Under the pieces are notes generated by a model. That model saw only the letters and a list, made by a program, of their open reading frames with translations. It did no database searches and was not told where the DNA came from. From NCBI GenBank assembly GCA_011605725.1, contig JAAOZP010000017.1:288001-352000 (forward strand): a stretch of DNA of 64,000 bases, written 5' to 3'. This DNA is from Nitrososphaerota archaeon (lineage in GTDB: Archaea > Thermoproteota > EX4484-205 > JAAOZP01). Position numbers and translations under genes: made by a program. Of this stretch, positions 35,685 to 45,604 are shown piece by piece (position 1 is the stretch's first letter; each line of letters starts with the position of its first letter).

Positions 35685-36404
35685 CTAATCTTTCACCAAC
35701 ATTTTCATGATCGCGCGAGCGTTGCTAAGCATGAAATGGTTATTATTCATGAAAACGAATACTCTCCTAGGCTTCGTGGCAAGCACGTTACGTACAACTT
35801 CCTTCAACTCTTCAACCGAGTAATCATGAGAATACCAGGATGAGCGGCCGTGCATCCTGAGATAGACGGTGCCGGTCGTGTTGAAAACATGCCTAGGAAG
35901 ATCAGGCGAGTCCACGGAGACTATTGTGAGACCCCTGCCGCTAGCCCATTCCTCCCATTCCCCGCTGAACCACTTGCTGTTCCTCCACTCTAAAGCCGCC
36001 TTCTCCGCGACCCCGGTCTTGGCGAAAAACCTTTCAATATTCCTGACAGTGTTCTGGCTTGGCTCTAGGAACGGGGGGAGTTGAAAAAGATAGTAGTCTA
36101 TGCTCTCCTCCAACGGTTTGAAAAGGCTGGCGAACCTGTTGAAAACGCTCACCGCCTTGAAACCCATGCGGTAGACGTGAGTAACCATCCGGTTAACCTT
36201 GACAGCCCACCTGAAGCCCCGGGGAGTCTTTCTAGACCAGGAGTAAACCTGGTTTCTGAAAGGGAACCTGTAGAAGCTAGCGTTAAGCTCAACACTGTTC
36301 AAACCACTGTTCTCAACATACCAGTCAAAACTGTTTCCCTGATTCCAATCGTAGCTCCAACCCGAGGTCCCTACGAAAACATGCGTGTTAAATCTTCCTC
36401 TCAT
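35685..36404 (-). CDS. DUF72 family protein
   Basis: VGTSGWSY, VELNASFYRFP, LFQLPP, LEWRN, YLRMHGR. Confidence 0.92.
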   Translation of the reverse strand: MRGRFNTHVFVGTSGWSYDWNQGNSFDWYVENSGLNSVELNASFYRFPFRNQVYSWSRKTPRGFRWAVKVNRMVTHVYRMGFKAVSVFNRFASLFKPLEESIDYYLFQLPPFLEPSQNTVRNIERFFAKTGVAEKAALEWRNSKWFSGEWEEWASGRGLTIVSVDSPDLPRHVFNTTGTVYLRMHGRSSWYSHDYSVEELKEVVRNVLATKPRRVFVFMNNNHFMLSNARAIMKMLVKD

Positions 36405-36474
36405 ACTGCAATCCTTCGATGAGAAACCGCATCCTAACATTGCGTACGCTTCTCCCCCAACCTCTTCCAGCAGC

Positions 36475-38016
36475 CTACTCCTCCTTGTCGAATCTTTTCA
36501 ACACTCCGGGTATTTTCTCAACAAGGTCTGAAGCAGTAATGTGGAAGCCTTTCTCCTCAACAGCCTTCAAGCCAGCCTCCCCGTGAACATAGGCTGCTGC
36601 AGCAGCCGAGTTGAACCCGCTGTTCCCCCAGGCGAGGAAGGCTGCGATTATGCCTGAAAGAACGTCTCCGGTGCCGCCTACAGCCAAGCCTGGCGTGGCA
36701 TGCTTGTTAACCTTAAGGTTTAAGCCGTCGGTGATGACTGTTTCAAAGCCTTTAAGCAGAATCGTGAAGCCGTGTTTCCTAGACAGCTCTATGAGCATGC
36801 TCGCGTTCCTAAACCATCTGGCTTCAAGCTCAGCTTCGAAAACCTGTTTAAACTCTCCGCGGTGTGGGGTGGCTACAACACCCTTCAGCAGGCTGGGGAA
36901 GGCTTTGAAAGCTTTGAATCCGTCTGCGTCAACAACAATCGGCAGCAGCCTGCTTCTAGCCTCGTTAACAATCATCCTGACTGCTTCAACAGTCTCCTCA
37001 TGTAGCCCAAGGCCTGGGCCGAGCACTATCGAGTCAGCCTTATCCATAAGGTTGGAGACAATGGGTATTGCCTCCGCGTTAAGATGCTCCCCAGGCGTGG
37101 CGTAAACCACGAGGTCCGGGGACATTGCTCTAACCGAGGCTGCAACCGGCTTCGGCGCAGCCACTATAGCTAGGCCGGCCCCGACTCTTAGCGCCGACAA
37201 CGCTGCTAAAGCAGGTGCTCCAGAGAAGGTTTCACTCCCTCCCACTACTAAAACATATCCGTAGTCACCCTTATGCGAGTCTCTCCTCCTGGTTTTAACA
37301 ACCCTCCTAACATCCCCGGGTCCAGTGTAGAGCTCAGCCTCAAGAGGTATGCCTATGTCAGCCACCTCAACCTTCCCCGCGTAGGGAGAGTTCACCAGGA
37401 AGTCCTTAGGCTTGTGGAAAGTCAGAGTGTAGGATGCTTTTACAGCCAGACTCTTCCCGGTGCTCTCTGATCCGAGGCCTGTTGGAACATCGACTGCGAA
37501 AACCGTTTTACCCGAGGAGTTAACCTCGCTAACTATTGAGGTGAAAGGCTCCTTTAAAACTCCTTTAATCCCTGTGCCGAGCATAGCATCCACTACGAAG
37601 TCGCATTTATCCAAAAGCTCTTTAACAACCCGTGTCTCAGAGGAGTCGGTGACAAAGAACTTCTCAACATCATCCATGTGGAGCAGGAGAAGCCAGTTTA
37701 CCCTAGCCTCCTCACTCCTGATTTCATGAGGCCTACCTACGAGGACAACAACTACTTTAGCACCCGTGTTTCTAAGGTGCCTCGCCGCCACAAACCCGTC
37801 GCCACCGTTATTACCTGTTCCGCATAGGAATAGGAATGTTTTACCCTTTGCATCAGTCTTCGAAGATATGAAGCGTGCGGTAGCTGAGCCAGCGTTCTCC
37901 ATCATGCAAAGCCTGCTTAAACCCAGGGCCTCCGCATTCTCCTCTATAGCAGCCATTTCAACACTGGTCACAACCCTGGGGAGAAGCTGTTTCACCGCCT
38001 CAAGCCACTCATCCAT
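36475..38016 (-). CDS. nnr: Bifunctional NAD(P)HX epimerase/dehydratase
   Basis: MENAG, GNNGGDG, DVPTG, HKGDYG, GPGLG, TPHRGEF, GGTGDVL. Confidence 0.95.
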   Translation of the reverse strand: MDEWLEAVKQLLPRVVTSVEMAAIEENAEALGLSRLCMMENAGSATARFISSKTDAKGKTFLFLCGTGNNGGDGFVAARHLRNTGAKVVVVLVGRPHEIRSEEARVNWLLLLHMDDVEKFFVTDSSETRVVKELLDKCDFVVDAMLGTGIKGVLKEPFTSIVSEVNSSGKTVFAVDVPTGLGSESTGKSLAVKASYTLTFHKPKDFLVNSPYAGKVEVADIGIPLEAELYTGPGDVRRVVKTRRRDSHKGDYGYVLVVGGSETFSGAPALAALSALRVGAGLAIVAAPKPVAASVRAMSPDLVVYATPGEHLNAEAIPIVSNLMDKADSIVLGPGLGLHEETVEAVRMIVNEARSRLLPIVVDADGFKAFKAFPSLLKGVVATPHRGEFKQVFEAELEARWFRNASMLIELSRKHGFTILLKGFETVITDGLNLKVNKHATPGLAVGGTGDVLSGIIAAFLAWGNSGFNSAAAAAYVHGEAGLKAVEEKGFHITASDLVEKIPGVLKRFDKEE

Positions 38017-38080
38017 CTTGAAATACTGTTTAAAGAAGCCTTATAAGAATATATTCTCAAGCAGGCTTAAGCTGAGGAAA

Positions 38081-38716
38081 GTGAAGCGCACGAGGCTTCT
38101 GAGAGAACTTGAGAAGATCGTTTCAGACGGGAAGGTTAGGGAGACGGTTTTGAAAAGGCTTAGAGAGTTTGAAGAGGCAAGGGCTAGCAGGGACAGGGTT
38201 TTCAGCGAGCTCTGCTTCTGCATTCTCACAGCCAACTGCTCCGCGGAGGGGGGGCTTAGGGTTCAGGAGGAGATCGGGAAAGGGTTCTTAAAGCTGAGCA
38301 GGAGTGAGTTGAGCAGGAGGCTAAGGAGCCTTGGTTACAGGTATCCCAGGGTCAGGTCGAAATACATAGTTGAGGCAAGGAAACTCTGCGAAGACGTTTG
38401 GAGAATCGTTAACGAGGAGGATGACCCTGCTGAAGTCAGAAGATGGCTTGCAGACAATGTTCCCGGCATAGGCTTCAAGGAGGCGAGCCACTTCCTGAGA
38501 AACATAGGCTTTAAAGACCTCGCCATAATAGACAAGCATATCCTAAGGGTTTTACACAGGTATGGCTATATAGAGAGCATTCCTAAAAACCTTTCCAGAG
38601 CCAAGTATCTAGAAGTAGAGAAGACTCTTTTAAAAATAGCCGGAGAGCTGAACATGTCGTTAGCAGAGCTAGACCTCTACCTTTGGTATATAGATACGGG
38701 CAGAATCTTGAAGTAA
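38081..38716 (+). CDS. ogg: 8-oxoguanine DNA glycosylase/AP lyase
   Basis: ELCFCILTAN, GIGFKEASHFLRNIG, AIIDKHILR, ELDLYLWY; start moved to GTG at 38081. Confidence 0.92.
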   Translation: MKRTRLLRELEKIVSDGKVRETVLKRLREFEEARASRDRVFSELCFCILTANCSAEGGLRVQEEIGKGFLKLSRSELSRRLRSLGYRYPRVRSKYIVEARKLCEDVWRIVNEEDDPAEVRRWLADNVPGIGFKEASHFLRNIGFKDLAIIDKHILRVLHRYGYIESIPKNLSRAKYLEVEKTLLKIAGELNMSLAELDLYLWYIDTGRILK

Positions 38717-38787
38717 AGCAGAAGTTGCGACGCTTTGTTTCAGCCTGAAAACCAGATTAAAGGTTTTCATACAGGGTTTCGCGAGTA

Positions 38788-40020
38788 TTAGACAAGTTCA
38801 ACAATGTATTCCCTGCCGCGCTTAATTTTCCTGATCAAACCTTTCCTCTGAAGCTCGTTTAAAACTATGGATGTCTTAGACTTCGAAAACTTGGCTGCAT
38901 CCTTAATCTGGGACTGCGTCAGCCTCCCCCCAGCCTCCCTGAGAAGCTTTATCACGAGATCTTCGTCTGAAAGCATCTGCATGTCAGGGGGTTTCAGCCT
39001 TCTCCCGCGAGAATAGTGTAACAGTATTATTGCTAGAAGCACCACCGGCGGAGCCAGAAGAGCCAAGTACAGTGCTGAGGGAAGATTCGCACCCTGCGTC
39101 TCTCCCCCGCTCTCCTCGTAAACCGAGAGTTGAAGCAGCCGCGGGTCTTGGCTGAACCTGTAGGGTGAGTCGGAGGGCAGGCGTATAGAAACCCTCCAGT
39201 CTCCAGCAGTATTCGTGTTTAAAACATCCTTGAAAACCCCGTTTTCAGCAACATTAACCTCTCTAGTCGTTTCAGAGCCTTGAGAGTTCGAGTAGACAAT
39301 CACGAGTTTTAAGCCTGGGATGGGCGGGCTGATTTTCCCACTAATGCTTACTGGAGAACCTTTCTTAACCCTCGTGCTGTTCAGAGAGAATTCCTCAACC
39401 CTTATAATCCTGCTTTCGAAAACAAGCCTTGGCTCCCCGTCTGCGAAATCCATCCTGCCCAGCCAAGCTACTCTTAAAAAGTCTTCGCGCGACGCTCTTG
39501 GGCTCGTAAGCTTAAGAAAATAATCCTGATCCAGCTCGGAGTAGTCTATTTCAAGCGTCTCGCCAGTGAAAAGGTAGAATCCTCCTTCAAAAACGTCTCC
39601 AACCTCAATCCTGTCTGGAATCTTAAGGCTGAAATTAACCCATTTAAACCTGTATTGAATAACCCCCACCTGCTTCAATATTCCCGTCACATCGATCTTC
39701 AGGCTGAAGTTTTCAGCCGTCATAGGCCTCCCCGTTAAGGATGCCGCCTTGCTAACTATACTGCTTATGGTTGATTCGAAGCCCGAGATGAGAGCATTCT
39801 TGTCAGCACTATCCTTGAACAGCTTGAAACTATCCAGCTCCTCCTGCGTATTAAGCGTGGTGGAGAGCTCAACAACCCATGTTGCTGAAGAATCCTTGTG
39901 CAGAATTATCCTGTAGGTTGTTTGAAACTCGAACTCGCCCTCAGCCAGTGGAACCAGTCCACATACTGTAGCCAGGATGATTGCCAGTAGGGCTCCTGCG
40001 ACGGCTTTGCGAAGAGTCAT
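38788..40020 (-). CDS. Membrane-anchored regulator: signal peptide, extracellular domains, TM, cytoplasmic wHTH
   Basis: C-terminal LSDEDLVIKLLREAGGRLTQSQIKDAAKFSKSKTSIVLNELQRKGLIRKIKRGRE; IEVGDVF motif in the ectodomain. Confidence 0.8.
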   Translation of the reverse strand: MTLRKAVAGALLAIILATVCGLVPLAEGEFEFQTTYRIILHKDSSATWVVELSTTLNTQEELDSFKLFKDSADKNALISGFESTISSIVSKAASLTGRPMTAENFSLKIDVTGILKQVGVIQYRFKWVNFSLKIPDRIEVGDVFEGGFYLFTGETLEIDYSELDQDYFLKLTSPRASREDFLRVAWLGRMDFADGEPRLVFESRIIRVEEFSLNSTRVKKGSPVSISGKISPPIPGLKLVIVYSNSQGSETTREVNVAENGVFKDVLNTNTAGDWRVSIRLPSDSPYRFSQDPRLLQLSVYEESGGETQGANLPSALYLALLAPPVVLLAIILLHYSRGRRLKPPDMQMLSDEDLVIKLLREAGGRLTQSQIKDAAKFSKSKTSIVLNELQRKGLIRKIKRGREYIVELV

Positions 40021-40099
40021 GCGTGGAAAAAATAAGAATCAGGGATATAAAAGTTTGCAGAAAGATTACTTTTTACAAACAGATTTAAAAGGCTGCTTT

Positions 40100-40771
40100 T
40101 CAACCCTTATTCTTGCCTTTACCCTTAGCCTGCTTCTGCTCCTCAACCCATGCCTTTATCTCAGCCTTCTTCTCCTCTTGCAGAGCCTTCATCGCATCCC
40201 TGAACGCGTGGTTAGCCTTCACGATACTTTTAGCAAGCTCCTTATTGCTCTCAGGAATATTTTCCTGCAACGCTTTCAGAGCCTCCTTCTCAACACCCTC
40301 CAGCTGTCTCAGCCTGGTTCTAATCTCAAGCCTCAGCCTATTCATCTCCATTACGTATTCTCCCTGAGTTATTTCACCTTTCCTCAGCCTCTCCTCCAGC
40401 GTAGTCATTTCCCGTTCCATCGTCTCTACGGTCTCCATTATGCGCGCCTGTTCATCGCTCAGACCGGAAAGCCGTTCCCCCCATGTTTGGAGCAACGCCA
40501 TTTTAATCCCAAGCCTGATCTCTAGAAGGTTCTCCCTATGCTGTTGAACGAGATCCTGTATTTGTACTGACAGGCTTTTACCCAGGTAGGGTGGGAGAGT
40601 TTCATCCCCACCCGTATCCTCATCGCCAGCAACTCTTGAGACGAGCAGTGTTGAAACCGCGAGTACAATGAGCATTACTAAGGCTGATGCAACCATTATT
40701 CTCCGGTTTTTCTCCCACGCGCCTCCTCTCATTTCTCCGGAATAAGCCATGAATAAGCCTCTATTAAGCAT
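40100..40771 (-). CDS. Secreted/membrane-anchored coiled-coil protein (true start probably about 40696-40735)
   Basis: One hydrophobic N-terminal segment followed by long helical heptads, GEITQGEY. Confidence 0.7.
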   Translation of the reverse strand: MLNRGLFMAYSGEMRGGAWEKNRRIMVASALVMLIVLAVSTLLVSRVAGDEDTGGDETLPPYLGKSLSVQIQDLVQQHRENLLEIRLGIKMALLQTWGERLSGLSDEQARIMETVETMEREMTTLEERLRKGEITQGEYVMEMNRLRLEIRTRLRQLEGVEKEALKALQENIPESNKELAKSIVKANHAFRDAMKALQEEKKAEIKAWVEEQKQAKGKGKNKG

Positions 40772-40790
40772 TTTTCAGTTTTTTCTCATG

Positions 40791-40842
40791 AAACAGTCTA
40801 GAAACAGTTTATTAAGGTTAAAAATGGTTCATAAAAGTTTTA
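40791..40842. repeat. 10-bp-phased RGTT repeats upstream of the 40100 gene
   Basis: GTT at 40807, 40817, 40827 and 40837, plus cagtct at 40794. Confidence 0.55.
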
Positions 40843-40949
40843 AATCCTGTTAGAGCTTAGAAAAATGCGTTTTTTAAAAAAATTGCTTGATTATCGTTCC
40901 TATCGCAAAAATGTTAGGCTGGAAGAAATATCGGGAAAAAGCAATTTGC

Positions 40950-41933
40950 TCAAGCCGTTCCGGAAAGCTGTTTGTGGAGCTCCAGCAGCGACCTAACCCT
41001 CTTAACAACATTCGGATGAGTACTGAGGACTTCAACCAGGCTCTCAGCGGGCGAGACCTCTCTGGAGGCAAACTCCTCTAAAGCACGTACATCATATATT
41101 CCCCTGAAAGCCCTTGTCCCAACCGTTGACTCAGGGTCGGCTATGAGGAGGGCCCTGAAGGAGGAGTAGCTGGTCATCGAAGCCTTAACATTCCTAGGAG
41201 TTCTAGCGTTTATGTCAGATATTTTAACAAGCGCGCTTGCAAGGCTTAGAGGCCCGCCTGGTGAGACTGTGGAGCCATGGTAGTCCGCGTAGTACTCTCT
41301 GCTTCTGCTGAAGCCCAGTATGAGTAGAGTTAAAACATAGTACAGCAGCATGCCGAGCATTCCTATGAGTAGTAGAGCTCCACCATCACCCCTGTCCCTC
41401 CTTGAGCCGGAGGAATATATGCCTGAATAATAGAGTGACGACGCCACCCAGTAGACTAGTGCCGGGAGAACGGATAGAAACATCATTATCTGAACATCCC
41501 TGTGCTTAAGGTGTCCGAGCTCGTGTCCAATGACAGCCTCAACCTCTGAAACGCTCAGACTGTTAAGCAGCCCCCTGGTGACAGCCACCCTGGGGCCGGT
41601 TAACGGGCTGCCGTAGGCGAAAGCATTTGGCAACGGGATTTCCGAAACCATTATTCTCGGTGGAGTTTTAAGACCGCTTTTCTCAGCAAGCATTCTGACG
41701 CTTTCCTCAAGCCATGGGAGCTCACCCTGGTTTAACGGTCTAACCCTGTAAGCAGCGTCAATAATGTATGGGCCGATTAACCATTGAAACAGGTTTAGCC
41801 CGATTACGATCGGGAGAAGCATAAGCATATTCACCCCGATCATGAAGAGGATGAGGGCTACGAAGCCTGTGGTTACAGCAATAACTATCATCATCGTAGT
41901 AATCATGCTCAACCTGAGTTTCCAGAGTTGCAT
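40950..41933 (-). CDS. htpX: Zinc metalloprotease HtpX
   Basis: PNAFAYG, GHELGHLKHRD, SRSREYYAD, STHPNV. Confidence 0.95.
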   Translation of the reverse strand: MQLWKLRLSMITTMMIVIAVTTGFVALILFMIGVNMLMLLPIVIGLNLFQWLIGPYIIDAAYRVRPLNQGELPWLEESVRMLAEKSGLKTPPRIMVSEIPLPNAFAYGSPLTGPRVAVTRGLLNSLSVSEVEAVIGHELGHLKHRDVQIMMFLSVLPALVYWVASSLYYSGIYSSGSRRDRGDGGALLLIGMLGMLLYYVLTLLILGFSRSREYYADYHGSTVSPGGPLSLASALVKISDINARTPRNVKASMTSYSSFRALLIADPESTVGTRAFRGIYDVRALEEFASREVSPAESLVEVLSTHPNVVKRVRSLLELHKQLSGTA

Positions 41934-42047
41934 TGAACATCACCTCCTTTTTCAAACTTCTCCCATGGAAGGATATAAGTTTTACGCGAAAACCCTCCGA
42001 CTCTAAGCCTCCGGCAAGCTTATTAGACTTGCGTGCGTTGCTACCAT

Positions 42048-43397
42048 ATGCCTGTTTGCCCTATTGACACAGGTAGATACGGCTCCTTAGAGATGAGGAG
42101 GATCTTTGAAGAGGAGAACAGGTTGCAGACAATGCTAAACGTGGAAGCAGCATTAGCTGAAGCGCTGGCCGAGGTGGGTGACATACCGGTTGAAGCAGCT
42201 TTAACAATAAGGAGTAAGGCTTCTTCAAAAATCGTCACCGTGGAGAAGGTTAAGGAGAGGGAGAAGGTTACGAGGCACGACGTAGCAGCCATGGTTGAGG
42301 TTCTTTCAGAGGAGTGCGGGGAACACGGGGAGTATGTTCATTGGGGAGTTACGAGCAACGATATAACGGATACCGCTCTAGCTTTACAGCTTAAGGATGC
42401 TTTAAACATAATTAAGAAGAGGCTGGCGGCCATCATAGAAATCCTCTGTAAAAAATCTGTGGAGTATGCGGAGCTTGTTATGCCCGGTAGGACGCATGGT
42501 CAGCACGCTATCCCAATAACACTCGGGTTTAAGCTAGCCGTGTATGCTGCTGAACTGGCTAGGAGCTACGAGAGGATGCTTCAGCTTTCAAAGAGAATCC
42601 TGGTTGGGAAAATAGGTGGAGCAGTAGGCACCATGGCAGCTCTCGGACCAAAAGCACTCATCATAGAGGAGAAGACTATGAGTAAGCTGGGTCTAGAGCC
42701 TGTCGAAATAGCGACGCAGGTTGTTTGCAGAGACAGGCTGGCTGAGCTTGTCTGCTGGGCAGCTCTGCTAGGCTCAAGCCTAGACAGGCTTGCCGTCGAA
42801 ATAAGGAACCTGCAGAGGACTGAGATAATGGAGGTTGCAGAGGGTTTCGGCGAGGAGCAGCGTGGAAGCAGCACGATGCCTCAGAAGCAGAACCCTGTTG
42901 ACAGTGAGAAAGTATCCGGCTTAGCTAAGGTTCTCAGAGGGCTTGTGACACCTGCTTTAGAAAACGTTCCGCTCTGGCATGAGAGAGACCTTTCAAACTC
43001 CAGCAGCGAAAGATTCATCATTCCATTATCCATGATAATACTTGACGAAATGCTTATGACGATGCAGAGTGTTTTAACAAGCCTGAGAATCTATCCTGAG
43101 CACATGGCTAGAAACCTGGAGATAACTAGGGGCCGGATTATGAGCGAAGCCGTCATGATGAAGCTTGCCAGGAAAGGCATGGGTAGAAAGAGGGCTTACG
43201 AGCTTATGAGAAAACTATCTAGGAAGGCGCTTATAGAAAACAGGAGCTTGCTTGAAGTATTGGAGGAAAACCCCGAGGTTATGAAGTACGTTAGCTTCGA
43301 TGAGCTGAAGGAAACCATCGAGCCTAAGAATTATCTCGGTAAGAACAGTGAACTAATAGGCAGGGCGGTTTCTTACGCGAAGTCGAAGCTTGGTTAA
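42048..43397 (+). CDS. purB: Adenylosuccinate lyase
   Basis: RHDV, HWGVTSND, GRTHGQHA, GSSTMPQKQNP, WHERDLSNS. Confidence 0.96.
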   Translation: MPVCPIDTGRYGSLEMRRIFEEENRLQTMLNVEAALAEALAEVGDIPVEAALTIRSKASSKIVTVEKVKEREKVTRHDVAAMVEVLSEECGEHGEYVHWGVTSNDITDTALALQLKDALNIIKKRLAAIIEILCKKSVEYAELVMPGRTHGQHAIPITLGFKLAVYAAELARSYERMLQLSKRILVGKIGGAVGTMAALGPKALIIEEKTMSKLGLEPVEIATQVVCRDRLAELVCWAALLGSSLDRLAVEIRNLQRTEIMEVAEGFGEEQRGSSTMPQKQNPVDSEKVSGLAKVLRGLVTPALENVPLWHERDLSNSSSERFIIPLSMIILDEMLMTMQSVLTSLRIYPEHMARNLEITRGRIMSEAVMMKLARKGMGRKRAYELMRKLSRKALIENRSLLEVLEENPEVMKYVSFDELKETIEPKNYLGKNSELIGRAVSYAKSKLG

Positions 43398-43405
43398 GAC
43401 ATTGT

Positions 43406-44044
43406 TTGGAAGGTGCTTATAGAGGGTTGAGCCTGAGTCAAGATACTCTTGCGGAATCCATAAGGAAGGAGGCTGAAAAACACTATTCCGACGACCCTTC
43501 CCACGATTGGCTTCATGCCGAAAGAGTCTGTAGAATGTGCATGAGGATCTGCGGGGAAGAAGGCGGGGATCCGAAGGTTCTTATAGCGGCGGCACTCCTC
43601 CATGATGTTGGGATGAAATACGAGTTGGAGCAGGGCGTTGACCATTCTGAGAAGAGTGTTGAAATCGCGAAGGAAATTCTTTCTCGAATAGGTTTTCCAA
43701 GCGAGAAGATAAGTATGGTTCTTGAAGCAATCAGGGAGCACAGGTTTAGAAAAGGCGTTAAAGCAGTCAGCATAGAATCCAGGATTCTTCAGGATGCTGA
43801 CCGTCTGGACGCGATGGGCGCTATAGGCGTGGCTAGGAGCTTCGCACACGGCGGCAGGAGAAGGATCCCGATGTATTCAAGTGGCAGAGGCACTGGCTCG
43901 ACAGTCGACCATTTCTACGAAAAGCTTCTTAAGCTGAAAAACAGTTTGAACACTGAAACAGCGAGAAGAATCGCGGAGGAAAGGCATGCGTTCATGGAGG
44001 AGTTTCTCTCAAGGTTCCTGAAGGAGATCGAAGGGGAAGCGTAG
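43406..44044 (+). CDS. HD-domain phosphohydrolase
   Basis: SHDWLH, LLHDVG, QDADRLDAMGAIG, HFYEKLLKL. Confidence 0.9.
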   Translation: MEGAYRGLSLSQDTLAESIRKEAEKHYSDDPSHDWLHAERVCRMCMRICGEEGGDPKVLIAAALLHDVGMKYELEQGVDHSEKSVEIAKEILSRIGFPSEKISMVLEAIREHRFRKGVKAVSIESRILQDADRLDAMGAIGVARSFAHGGRRRIPMYSSGRGTGSTVDHFYEKLLKLKNSLNTETARRIAEERHAFMEEFLSRFLKEIEGEA

Positions 44045-44332
44045 ACGATTAGAGACTCTGCCCAGTTTAATGTCGCTCCACCTACTGTTGTAGACAGCAG
44101 CACCACTGGCGAAGGTGCGCGGGTAATTGAGAGTCTACCGTCAGTTATGGTTGGATAACTGTTCAAGTTGAGTCTTTTCCTTCCGTAAAAACATCAGGCA
44201 TCTCGTGTTAAGCAAACACGCTCTATGGTTTTAACGTAAACAGTCAGTGGAAAATCGTCCATTTCACTTCGCAAACCCCAGGTTCGCTCAACCTACGCTG
44301 CTTTTTAACAGGGTTACGCTCCCGGCAGAGGC

Positions 44333-45130
44333 ATGTTTAAAAACTTCTTCTCAAGGTTTTTTAACTCGACAGCATTGCCGATACAGGTGGTCTTCATAGG
44401 GCCGGCGGGATCGGGAAAGACAACGCTTGTCAAAGCCTATGGAGACTGGCTCTCTAAAAATGGCGGGAAGGTTTGTTTCATAAATCTTGATCCCGGTGTT
44501 GAGAAAACACCGTATTCTCCATCCTTCGACATACGAATCTTCTTCACGGTTGAGGAGATAATGAGGAGGGAATCTCTCGGCCCTAACGGGGCTATGATAA
44601 GAGCAATGGATATTCTGGCTGAGAGAAGCATGGAGTTCGCCTCCCTGATAAGCATGATGGAGGGAGACTACAGGCTTATAGACACGCCTGGTCAAAGCGA
44701 GCTTTTCGTCTTCAGAAGCGCTGGACCCGAGATAATGAGGGGACTCTCCACAATCAGCAGGACGATAGTGGTCTTCCTGATAGACGGTCAACTGGTTTAC
44801 TCGCCGAGTGACCTGATAGCAGTTTTTTCACTAGCGGCAGCTTGCAGGCTTAGGCTTAACGTACCATTCGTACACGTTGTAACTAAGGCTGACGTTTTAA
44901 AGAGGAGTGATATTGAAAGACTCATGCAGGAACCGGAGTATCTGGAGGAGAGGATTCTTGAAGAAGAGAAAGGGCTTCTCCAAGAATATGTTCTCGAGCA
45001 TTCTAAAACGGTTTACCCTTTCCTCAGAAGGCAGAGGACTGTTCTTGTCTCAGCCATATCCGGATCCGGGTTAGACCTGATGGATTCCCTTATTCATGAT
45101 GCTACGTGCGAGTGTGGAGATCTTCGCTAA
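44333..45130 (+). CDS. GPN-loop GTPase
   Basis: GPAGSGKTT, NLDPG, LGPNG, DTPGQ, C-terminal CECGDL. Confidence 0.93.
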   Translation: MFKNFFSRFFNSTALPIQVVFIGPAGSGKTTLVKAYGDWLSKNGGKVCFINLDPGVEKTPYSPSFDIRIFFTVEEIMRRESLGPNGAMIRAMDILAERSMEFASLISMMEGDYRLIDTPGQSELFVFRSAGPEIMRGLSTISRTIVVFLIDGQLVYSPSDLIAVFSLAAACRLRLNVPFVHVVTKADVLKRSDIERLMQEPEYLEERILEEEKGLLQEYVLEHSKTVYPFLRRQRTVLVSAISGSGLDLMDSLIHDATCECGDLR

Positions 45131-45506
45131 GCCTCTTCCGAGATATTTTAGCCAGCTCCTCAAAATATTCTCCGGAAGCAATCGTATCTTCAATAAGCTT
45201 CATCACTAAATATATCTCGGTGAAGAAGACGGTATCATCCTCCAGCAGTGCCCTAGACTTCAGTTGTTTCACTCTATGTCTCACGCTTAAACCAGCATCT
45301 ATAATCGTAGAAACCAGTACTGTATGCTTCAACTCCCTAAGCGGATCTATGAAGCACTCAGCCAAAAGGATAAGCCTGTCGCCTAGATTATCCATTTCAT
45401 CGAGATTCATGCTTAAACCATCGTCAATACATTTCTTCATTGAAACATTTATTGGGGATAGTGATACTTGAATCTCCGAAAGAATCTTCCTCAAGCTTTC
45501 CGTCAA
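45102..45506 (-). CDS. Hypothetical protein
   Basis: 134-aa helical ORF occupying the intergenic space. Confidence 0.6.
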   Translation of the reverse strand: MTESLRKILSEIQVSLSPINVSMKKCIDDGLSMNLDEMDNLGDRLILLAECFIDPLRELKHTVLVSTIIDAGLSVRHRVKQLKSRALLEDDTVFFTEIYLVMKLIEDTIASGEYFEELAKISRKRLSEDLHTRT

Positions 45507-45604
45507 ACCTTGAGCTAATACTTGGCTTTAAGCCATAGATTAATTTTTCCCCTAAGGCTTAAGAGAGGTTTATAAGTCTCTCTAACAGGTTTAAGGATTA
45601 GAAA

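Noticed and set aside
37766-38080. 105-aa N-terminal extension of Ogg
   Set aside because: Overlaps nnr on the opposite strand; homology starts near 38081
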